Sequence record: NC_042093.1
Length of the DNA stretch: 64,000 bases
Source of the DNA: Klebsiella phage Sugarland
Reading direction: 5' to 3' (one strand)
Part shown: positions 56,237 through 64,000 of the stretch, piece by piece
Numbering within the stretch: position 1 is the stretch's first letter
Layout of the letters: the number at the start of each line of letters is the position of its first letter
The notes under the pieces: generated by a model
What the model was told of the DNA's origin: nothing
What the model saw: only the letters and a program-made list of their open reading frames with translations
Databases searched by the model: none
Made by a program: the position numbers and the translations under genes

Positions 56237-59083
56237 TTAGATATATGCCCATGCAACCGACTTCTCGCCCCTTGGTCCCTCTGCCTGAATTCTTGGCTGA
56301 AGTGCTCTATAAATCCCCAAAGTATTCGAGTTGTTGGCCTTATAGTCGAGCTTATTGTAACTCAACAGATAACTGTAATTATATAAACTGGTGATCTTCA
56401 CGGATCTAAGCAGTTTATTAGTGCTGTCTCTTATTTCAAGCGTGTAGAAAATCCCTGAAATCAGATCCTCTTCTTGCAGCTTATCCCATCCTAGCTCTAG
56501 GTCAGGTCCAACCCATTCCGTAGGATCAGGAGATAGGTTAAGCACCCGGAAGTTTTCCACCACACTAAGGTTCTTAGCTGAATTCAAATCTACAGAAATT
56601 GTTACTGGAGAGCTACGACGACCATTAATATCAACAGCGCGGATTTCGAAAATAGTCAGTCCAGCGGGCTCACCCACGATATCTTGGAACATCCTAGCAT
56701 TAGGAGTGAAAGCAGTCTGCTGCACAATATAAGGATCCACACGGTCTGATTTACGTATCGAGTAATAAACTACGTTAGGCGTTAAGCTAGGTAGCCATGA
56801 AAGCTCTCCGTTTTTACCAACATCACCCACCCTTCCACCAGGCGTAGGAGTGTACTTAAAGTCTCTAGGAGGCAGGACATTATTGGATATTTCAGGTACG
56901 CTTTCACTACTGTTATCCACCTGCGTTGAGTTAATAAATACATCCTCACCATACTCCTGAAGAGTTACGTTTATCTTACCATCTCTTGTGTTCTCCACCT
57001 CATCTACTAGGAAGAACTTCTTATTCCAGCCATAACGATCGTAGGTGAATACTACAGGATCGTTAGGTTCTATACCAAGGAATTTGTAAGGTAAAGAGAA
57101 GCTCAGAGAACGCGAGTAGCGAGACTTTTTAAGTTCCCTATCTGCCAGACTTCTGGCAGTGTAGTAGTTGGTTATGTTAGCAAAAGAAAGTTGAAGTTTC
57201 TTGTCAACCCCACGATCTTCATTCTTAAACTTAGAATTATAGAACGTTATAGAGTTGGTTTTCCAGTTCAGGGTAGGATCAATCAGAGACGCCTGAACTG
57301 AGTTGTACTTATTACGACCTGTAGTATCTGAGAGCTCCAGGTCCCCATAAGTATCTAGGAAATTAAGTTCTAGCGGAGTTTTTGAATCTTTCTCTACGGT
57401 AATGCGGAAAATACCTGATAGGTTGTTTAACGCCCCCTGGAAGGATTCTAATAGCTCCTGCACGTTCTTGAACACAGAGTTGGAGTTATCCAGGATTGTG
57501 TTCATTTGCATTATTTGTCTGTTTTCAGCTGTCCAACTCTCCCACCCAACGTATCTCCAGAACGGCTGCCAACTAGTTTGATAAGAGGTGTCTACAATGT
57601 TTAATAGATCGGCCTCTTTTCTCCAGTCACCAATCACCATTCTATCTATAGGAATACTTGCACCAAAAGTAGTGGAGGTTAGGTAGTCAAATGTTTGCCA
57701 TACGCCATTCTGACTGGTTTTATCCATTTTAACAGAACCGTCTGCCTGGTACACTTTTACCTTACGGCCGCTTAATTCTGCGGACACTTCAGGAATATCG
57801 GTCCTGTTCTCGGTAATAGTAAACCGTATAACAGCGTAAGCAGTATCTAATAGCTTGTATCTAGAATCCCAGTACTCCGGTCCATTACCGTTCTCTCCCT
57901 GTAGGAAGAAATTGTTAGCAGCAGCAATGTCTCTTAGTACCGTAGCTACCGTCTGGTCTGGCTTACCGTGGAATGTCCAGATTCGTATATCCCCGTTACC
58001 GTCATTGTACTTGTATTCTTGACCATGCTCTGAGAGAGATGTTGATGGAAGTCCTGTGGAGATTCTTGCCATAGTATCTCCCGATACTCTTTTTTGTCCA
58101 AAGCATGTACGAGAGGTACTGTCAGTTTGATCAGTACAGATCATAGGAGCGTCTCCAAACTGGAAGTCGAGGAATCCTTCAATCTCACCCTCACAGAACG
58201 CGTAGACCACATACACAACGTTTGGATTGTTTCTTTCTGTATCCGCGAAAACCGGGATACCAGGAACTTTTTGAGTACCGTATACTACAGGAATAAATTT
58301 AGCTGCAAGGTTGAAATCCAGGTCTACTTCTTTAGTGACAGTCTCATAATACTTTTTAAGGCTGTAGCTCTTGGAGAGACCAAATAATTTCTTCTTAGAT
58401 TCTAGCTTGTATCGTTCTTCTTTTACTTGATATTTAGCTAGGAAGTTAACGCTCTTGTTGGCATGGAAGAATCCGTAGTCCTCTTGATATTCCGGTCGTT
58501 TGGCACCGTGAGAGGGTAGTAGTTCCCCATTTACAATCTCAAGCCCTCGGTGGGAGGCGTCGTCTGTGAAGCGTCCAGCAACTCGTTCAAAATCGTAGAA
58601 TTCGTTAGAACAGTTCCAAGTTATAACAGAAGTACCAACTCCGGATACTGTATTACTTTCTTTAATACCACCGCCCACAATCTTACCCCTAAAGAAGAGT
58701 AACGGGCCGTTAGTATCTGGGTCCACTGGAAGGATTTCCCCATTGTCGTCGATGATCGCCTGATATATAGAAATAGAGCGATCTAAAAATGATACACCAC
58801 TTTGCACGAGCTTAATGACTTCATTGGCATCCGTACCAGTAACACTGAAGCTCAAACTACCGACGGTTAACGTGCGGTTTTGTTTGTGACTGCTAATTGT
58901 TTTAATTTTCCCTGATTGGAAGAGTATACCACCGTAGCTGATATCTCTCATGTAGTCCGTCATATAAGCGTAAACAGCATTATTACCCGTGGACCCCGGG
59001 AGTTCGATAGAGACAAGATACGCTAATCGTATCTTGTCATTGTTGGCAAGGTAGGCTTTCGCAGAAGGAAGGATCTGTCTCAT
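56237..59083 (-). CDS. baseplate hub protein pb3-like (948 aa)
   Basis: Synteny and size (T5 pb3 about 949 aa). Confidence 0.75.
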   Translation of the reverse strand: MRQILPSAKAYLANNDKIRLAYLVSIELPGSTGNNAVYAYMTDYMRDISYGGILFQSGKIKTISSHKQNRTLTVGSLSFSVTGTDANEVIKLVQSGVSFLDRSISIYQAIIDDNGEILPVDPDTNGPLLFFRGKIVGGGIKESNTVSGVGTSVITWNCSNEFYDFERVAGRFTDDASHRGLEIVNGELLPSHGAKRPEYQEDYGFFHANKSVNFLAKYQVKEERYKLESKKKLFGLSKSYSLKKYYETVTKEVDLDFNLAAKFIPVVYGTQKVPGIPVFADTERNNPNVVYVVYAFCEGEIEGFLDFQFGDAPMICTDQTDSTSRTCFGQKRVSGDTMARISTGLPSTSLSEHGQEYKYNDGNGDIRIWTFHGKPDQTVATVLRDIAAANNFFLQGENGNGPEYWDSRYKLLDTAYAVIRFTITENRTDIPEVSAELSGRKVKVYQADGSVKMDKTSQNGVWQTFDYLTSTTFGASIPIDRMVIGDWRKEADLLNIVDTSYQTSWQPFWRYVGWESWTAENRQIMQMNTILDNSNSVFKNVQELLESFQGALNNLSGIFRITVEKDSKTPLELNFLDTYGDLELSDTTGRNKYNSVQASLIDPTLNWKTNSITFYNSKFKNEDRGVDKKLQLSFANITNYYTARSLADRELKKSRYSRSLSFSLPYKFLGIEPNDPVVFTYDRYGWNKKFFLVDEVENTRDGKINVTLQEYGEDVFINSTQVDNSSESVPEISNNVLPPRDFKYTPTPGGRVGDVGKNGELSWLPSLTPNVVYYSIRKSDRVDPYIVQQTAFTPNARMFQDIVGEPAGLTIFEIRAVDINGRRSSPVTISVDLNSAKNLSVVENFRVLNLSPDPTEWVGPDLELGWDKLQEEDLISGIFYTLEIRDSTNKLLRSVKITSLYNYSYLLSYNKLDYKANNSNTLGIYRALQPRIQAEGPRGEKSVAWAYI

Positions 59084-59694
59084 AGACTTTCTCTCAGAAC
59101 TAGGTTAACCCCATCATACACACCATCAACTGTGATCTCTTCGCTGAATGAATCTCCGTTCATTAATTTAGTTTGGAAAAGGATCCCATTGAAACGTGGT
59201 CTCTCGGAGCCGTTGGTAGTGAGCAACAGATCAGGGTATAGATTAAGTGTCCATACTCCTGCTACGTTTTTAAAAGATGTAATTTTATACACCTTTGGAT
59301 GTGTGGTTAACTGGAATAAATCACCAGGCTTAGGCTCCCCAGATAGGGAGCTTGTATTGGTAATAACCAGTGTGGAGCCCTTTTGTCCGGCGGCAATGCG
59401 ACAGTTGTTCGCATCCCCCTTTACTCGGTAAGACTCGTAATGTGGGAGTATAACGTCGAGATAGCCTCTGGTACGCTTATACTCTAGAATTGCTGACGAA
59501 AGTACAGCATACTCATCGGGAAACATCACAGGATAACTAATGTTAAGACCCCAATACTGAGTGGCTGTTTTAACTTCGTTAACCTTGCCGTTTGGTAGCT
59601 CATCTCTGATCATCGGATCGTTATCGATCAGCGTAGCTCTGTCAAACCCAAGGCCGTTATACTGAGGATGTGTAAAGGGATCTGGTAATCTCAT
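59080..59694 (-). CDS. distal tail protein Dit (pb9-like, 204 aa)
   Basis: Synteny and size; 4-nt overlap with the hub gene. Confidence 0.7.
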   Translation of the reverse strand: MRLPDPFTHPQYNGLGFDRATLIDNDPMIRDELPNGKVNEVKTATQYWGLNISYPVMFPDEYAVLSSAILEYKRTRGYLDVILPHYESYRVKGDANNCRIAAGQKGSTLVITNTSSLSGEPKPGDLFQLTTHPKVYKITSFKNVAGVWTLNLYPDLLLTTNGSERPRFNGILFQTKLMNGDSFSEEITVDGVYDGVNLVLRESL

Positions 59695-59716
59695 GTTTTG
59701 TTTTCTCCTCTCAATG

Positions 59717-59758
59717 TTAATATTATAGTCATATCAAGAAAAATTTTCAAGATAATTT
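59717..59758 (-). promoter_or_regulatory. sigma70-like promoter for the dit-hub-pb4 operon
   Basis: TTGAAA, 17-bp spacer, TATAAT on the minus strand. Confidence 0.4.
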
Positions 59759-59764
59759 TATAAA

Positions 59765-59800
59765 TTCCAAAAAGAAGGGAGGACAATTACGTCCTCCCTT
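59765..59800 (-). terminator. rho-independent terminator after the tape-measure gene
   Basis: AGGGAGGAC-GTAATT-GTCCTCCCT then TCTTTTTGG. Confidence 0.65.
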
Positions 59801-59808
59801 TAGTTTAG

Positions 59809-62800
59809 TTAATTCAGGTTCTTTAAGCTCAGCCCTTGTTCATTCAAGGCTAACTCTACAGCTGCCTGGAATGCCGCAGGATTTTCCAATGCGTACTCCA
59901 TAAAGCTCTTAGCGTCCATTGCCTGGATGTTCAGATTAACCGGTCTTCTAGCACCACCAGAAGAAGTTTCAGAAGCCACTTTATCCGCTGGAGTTACCTT
60001 GGTGGGCACCATAGGAGTTGCAACTTCCGTTCCGTGTTCACCCATCTTATATGAGACACCTGGGTAGGTATTACCACCTTCTGCACGAGGGATAAATCCG
60101 TTAGCACTACCTATGCCTTTATCACCACGAACGTAAGATAGTTCGCCTGCGTTTGCGCCCATGCTAACATCTACGTTTTTCTGGCGCTCACCTAAGGTTA
60201 GGTAAGAGGCGGTTTCACCACCAGATCCTGCTATATCGGTCATTCCGGTAGCACTAGATGCCTGAGCTAGAGATAAAGCACCTGCAAGCCCAGCCGCGAT
60301 CATCAGAGGAATAGAGAACGGATACGGAACAGCTGTTGCTGCCTGCATTACCGCTACTGCTGTCTGGATAATGATTTGCTTCTTAGCAGATTCCTGCTGA
60401 AGTTTAATCTTCTCCGCTTCCATCTTTTTGATCTTGTTCTTAGACTGCTCAGATTTACCGTCACGTTTCTGCTCTGCCGCGATGGCTGCATCAATTGCCG
60501 AAATCTGCTGGTTAGTACCGTAGCTGATCATCTGACTAACTGTCTGCATACCTGCTGCAATCATGGACGTAGTGTCCAGAGACCCTTGAGAGAACTGGAT
60601 CATAGCGTTAGCTAAGTTCCCCATACTTTGAGCTGTAGCAGTGGCCTCTGAGTTTAGCTGAGAGAGCTTACTGATAGCTGTATCGTATGACGCCATCTGG
60701 TTTTCCATATCGGCGAATTTCTTATCTTCCCCTTCCAGACCAGTAGTAGGCGTATAGTCTGCGCCCAACGACTGTCCTACACGATCCATCATCTGTGCGT
60801 TACGTTGCGCTTTGAGAGCTGCCATTTGAGCAACAGTGTTTGCAATCTCCTTGCTCCAACGTGCCTGCTCATCAGCGTTACCTTTAGTGAATTCCTTCAT
60901 TTCCTGGTAGAACGCTAACTGCTCCTGCATTTTCTGCGATTCGCCCATTAGAGGCTTCATGCTTTGATTGCGCTCGAATTCCTCTTTGCGCATTTCAGCA
61001 GTTTTAGCATTACGATCAAGCTGCTCTTTCCAGATTTCTCTTTCGATTGCAGCGATGTTACGTCTGGATTGCTCGGCTTCCTTCTCTTTGTCAGCCTGAG
61101 TCTTCAGTAGGGCTAACCTATCTTTCTCTACTTCCAGATTTAGTTTAAGGTTCGCCACATTATACTGAGAATCTGTCATAGTGCGATTATTTAAGAGTGC
61201 GATTTCTCGATCTATGCCTACTATCTTATCCTTATAGAATTTCTCCTTCTTAGTCGCTTCCATGCCCTGGTTCTTCACTTTGAGCTCTTCCGTCTCTAAC
61301 AGGGTCAACTCTTTTTGAATCGCCTGGTTGTCCTTGTTGGTCGCCAGTACAGCTTTCAATGCCTCTTTTTTCGCGCTAAGTTGCTGCATTTCTAGGGCTC
61401 TACCCGCTTCTTCCGCCTTATCCTTATTACGGGTGGCAGCGTAGACCTCCGCTATACGCTTCTCAACATCTAGCTTAGACTTAGCCTCATCATTTACTAT
61501 CTTCTGATAGTTAGACATGGCTTTATACGCAGTGTTCATCTCGGTTACGGTGGAGTAGCCCAAATTAAGGTCCTTGGTCATTTGATTGGCTTTTTCCGTA
61601 GATCCACCCGCCAATGACTCAACCGCCTTAAGTGCATCACCCAGTGCTGCAGTAGCTCTAGATGCAGTATTAGAATCTTGTGCAAAGTTCTGGATATCGT
61701 TGCTCAGATCTCCGGAAGTTTTCTTTATATTATTGAACTCCTTCCGTAGAGCAACTGCCCCGTCTAACGCTGCGTTGTCAAAGGTGTATAGTCCATTACT
61801 TGCTTCAACGTTCTGTGCAATATTGAGTTTCCCCGCCAGTTCTGGGTTCTCTTTCTGAGCCTTAGATAGAGCGGAGTCCCTGGCGTCTTTCCATTTTTGA
61901 ATAGCTCCTGCAGAATCTGCTAACTCCTGCTGTAACATATACGCCTGTCTACGCATATCTGCAGTCTGTTGTGTAAATTCTTTGTTAGCTTTAGAGGCTC
62001 CTAAGGTAAACAGGTTACCGAATCCACTATAGTTGGCAGCTGTGGCTAGTGTGGTGGACATATCCATCTTCGCCTCTCTATCCATTATCTCCTTATTAAG
62101 AGCTGCGAGCTTATTTTTTACCTCTTCTTTTGCTTTGACTGCATCATCCAAGCCTTTCTGAGAAGCCTCAAGGTTCATGACCACTGCGTTAGAGTCTTTA
62201 CCATCCATTTGCTTAATCGACTCTTGCTGGGCAGTAGCTGCCTCTGCAGATACCGAAGCCTTAGACGTATAGAACGCTGCGTTTATAGATGCAATAACTG
62301 GACCCAGATATTTAGCAGCCGCTTGTTGAACCTTGCGTAATGCAGAATCCGCATTAGCTGCAAATTGCTCCCATGGGGTTGCTCGTAGTACCTCATCAAG
62401 GTAGCCGAAGCGTTTGGTAGACTCTGCTACTACCGCATTAGCGTATGCCTGCTGCTTCTGGAAGGAAGTTAGACCCTGAATGTTATACGTTATCCCCGTA
62501 TTGGCCGCGTTAAGTTTCTTAACGTATTCGGCATACGCATCATTTAACCTGATGGTTACACCTAATTCGTCTAGAAGTTCGATTTCCTGCTTAGATACAC
62601 CCTTGATTACACGGTTTAGTGCATCGGTCATATCAACGCCCAGAGTAGCTGCTGCCCTACGTGCAACTAGTGCAAACTCGCTAATCTGTTTAGCATCGAA
62701 GCCATACGCGGCCGCAGTAGATGCCTGACGCATTGCCTCTTCAAAGGACACCGCGTGGCCAGTAGCTTCCTGCAGTGCCACAGCAAGGGACTGAATAGGT

Positions 62801-64000
62801 GTGCCTGTCTTCGCCCCTACGATAGAACCAAACTGCTCTAGACGGTTAAGCTGATCCCCCATCTTTAACTGATCAAAAGCTGCTTTCAGTACGTAGAGGT
62901 TGGACGCCAATGCACCATATAAGAGCGGCATAGGCCCAGTTACCATAGCTAGAGCTGCGAAGTTTCTTGTGGCACCACGAGCGGACCCTGAGGTATTACC
63001 TAGCGCCCTTGATGCCCTTCCAGCAGCGCTACCAGTGCCGGTTAACGTAGAGTTTAGACCACCTAGTCCTGTATTTACATCCCGAACCCCTGCGTTAAGG
63101 TCGGTCAGCTTGTCGGACACTTTGTCTGTGCTTCTTGCCATATCAGACATAGTGGTATTCATCTTGTTACCCATAGCGTCAATAGCAGCTACTATCCGGT
63201 TCATCTCGGCTACCATAGTACCCATATTAAAACCTGCAGCACCTCCGCCACCACCCCCAGTTTGTCCTAAGCGAATGCGTTTTGCAATCAGCTTATCGAT
63301 TGCAGCAGCGGATCTAATTGCAGCTGCCTCTATTGCATTTAGCTCTGGAACTACTTTCTGGAAGTTATTGATCATCCTGGTAGAGGAAGACGCAGATTTA
63401 GTAGCCATATCCTGGAAGCCTTTAGAGAATCCCCTCTCAAGTATTTGGGAGGTAGACGCTAGCTTGGTTTCCAAAGCGTTTAAGGATTGTGTAATGGCTT
63501 TAAACTGATTAGGTAGCTGTAGTACTCCTCTCCCTGCTTGAATTTTGGCTAAAGCTGAGTTTACCTGATTCGCCGCTTTTACTAGTAGGTTGAGCTGTGG
63601 GATAACGCCCTTCACAGAGTTACCTAGTGGGTTTAGCCCACCAACGCTGCTCATAGATGCGAAAGCCCTACTTAACTGTCCTAGGTTGGCCTCTATACCA
63701 GATACCGAGGCTTCCAGATCTGCTTTCAGCTTAGTCATGGATGCACCAAGTTTATTAACGGATGTAGAAGTATTAGCCAGGTTAGTACCTGCTTTGATCT
63801 TAGAGAGCGCCGAAGCTGCCTGGTTAGCGTTGGCAGAAAGCTCCGCTAAGATTTTGTTAACTTTGTCTAAGTGAGGAGACGATGACGTCATCGCAGCAGT
63901 AATATCAACACCCATTTTATTAGCACTAGTGCTAATATTATTTAACTGGGATGTGATCCTTAACACAGACTTCGCTAGTCCAACCTCAAACTCAGTGAAC
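59809..64000 (-). CDS. tail tape-measure protein (pb2-like), N-terminus beyond the window
   Basis: At least 1397 aa; coiled-coil rich; GGGGG linker; frame still open at 64000 (the listed start is a GTG). Confidence 0.85.
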   Translation of the reverse strand, partial: FTEFEVGLAKSVLRITSQLNNISTSANKMGVDITAAMTSSSPHLDKVNKILAELSANANQAASALSKIKAGTNLANTSTSVNKLGASMTKLKADLEASVSGIEANLGQLSRAFASMSSVGGLNPLGNSVKGVIPQLNLLVKAANQVNSALAKIQAGRGVLQLPNQFKAITQSLNALETKLASTSQILERGFSKGFQDMATKSASSSTRMINNFQKVVPELNAIEAAAIRSAAAIDKLIAKRIRLGQTGGGGGGAAGFNMGTMVAEMNRIVAAIDAMGNKMNTTMSDMARSTDKVSDKLTDLNAGVRDVNTGLGGLNSTLTGTGSAAGRASRALGNTSGSARGATRNFAALAMVTGPMPLLYGALASNLYVLKAAFDQLKMGDQLNRLEQFGSIVGAKTGTPIQSLAVALQEATGHAVSFEEAMRQASTAAAYGFDAKQISEFALVARRAAATLGVDMTDALNRVIKGVSKQEIELLDELGVTIRLNDAYAEYVKKLNAANTGITYNIQGLTSFQKQQAYANAVVAESTKRFGYLDEVLRATPWEQFAANADSALRKVQQAAAKYLGPVIASINAAFYTSKASVSAEAATAQQESIKQMDGKDSNAVVMNLEASQKGLDDAVKAKEEVKNKLAALNKEIMDREAKMDMSTTLATAANYSGFGNLFTLGASKANKEFTQQTADMRRQAYMLQQELADSAGAIQKWKDARDSALSKAQKENPELAGKLNIAQNVEASNGLYTFDNAALDGAVALRKEFNNIKKTSGDLSNDIQNFAQDSNTASRATAALGDALKAVESLAGGSTEKANQMTKDLNLGYSTVTEMNTAYKAMSNYQKIVNDEAKSKLDVEKRIAEVYAATRNKDKAEEAGRALEMQQLSAKKEALKAVLATNKDNQAIQKELTLLETEELKVKNQGMEATKKEKFYKDKIVGIDREIALLNNRTMTDSQYNVANLKLNLEVEKDRLALLKTQADKEKEAEQSRRNIAAIEREIWKEQLDRNAKTAEMRKEEFERNQSMKPLMGESQKMQEQLAFYQEMKEFTKGNADEQARWSKEIANTVAQMAALKAQRNAQMMDRVGQSLGADYTPTTGLEGEDKKFADMENQMASYDTAISKLSQLNSEATATAQSMGNLANAMIQFSQGSLDTTSMIAAGMQTVSQMISYGTNQQISAIDAAIAAEQKRDGKSEQSKNKIKKMEAEKIKLQQESAKKQIIIQTAVAVMQAATAVPYPFSIPLMIAAGLAGALSLAQASSATGMTDIAGSGGETASYLTLGERQKNVDVSMGANAGELSYVRGDKGIGSANGFIPRAEGGNTYPGVSYKMGEHGTEVATPMVPTKVTPADKVASETSSGGARRPVNLNIQAMDAKSFMEYALENPAAFQAAVELALNEQGLSLKNLN

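Noticed and set aside
1-64000. CRISPR arrays, integrase/transposase genes, toxin-antitoxin pairs
   Set aside because: No spaced direct-repeat arrays and no recombinase or IS signatures found; the only mobile-type genes are the HNH homing endonucleases.

Overview
This window looks like part of a T5-like (Demerecviridae/Tequintavirus-type) lytic phage genome. Gene order, protein lengths and promoter architecture match the T5 early-to-late layout.

Bases 1-8000 and scattered sites up to ~11.4 kb: a minus-strand tRNA cluster, about 21 confident tRNAs plus several odd tRNA-like RNAs and pseudogene copies. It is interleaved with small ORFs and is driven by a family of very strong sigma70 promoters (upstream A-tract, -35 TTGCTA, 17-bp spacer, -10 TATAAT).

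8-22 kb, minus strand: a membrane protein, HNH endonucleases, a secreted SleB-like wall hydrolase, RNase H, thymidylate synthase, DHFR, NrdB, an HNH endonuclease inserted between nrdB and nrdA, NrdA and PhoH.

22-48.7 kb, plus strand: an NrdD-Sir2 operon with tandem paralogous small genes; a long promoter-driven untranslated region ahead of a 929-aa AEP-primase/P-loop NTPase protein (origin-binding-like); HTH and D5-like repeat proteins; a split NAD-dependent ligase; DnaB-like helicase; DnaG-type primase; family-A DNA polymerase; SF2 helicase; an SSB-like protein; SbcCD-like nuclease; flap endonuclease; dUTPase.

48.9-64 kb, minus strand: late tail genes. These are an L-shaped tail fibre with a long Ala/Thr/Ser tandem-repeat array and a C-terminal chaperone/peptidase domain, collar, pb4-like, pb3-like baseplate hub, Dit (pb9-like), and a tape-measure protein whose N-terminus runs off the window.

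The features I would look at first:
- a 1.3-kb promoter-driven region with no credible ORF that contains a tRNA-like element;
- 88-nt and 135-nt tRNA-like RNAs;
- an approximately 480-nt untranslated transcript upstream of the primase-helicase gene;
- the Sir2 operon with duplicated small genes.

No CRISPR array, integrase or transposase was seen. All coordinates from hand analysis are approximate to a few nucleotides.
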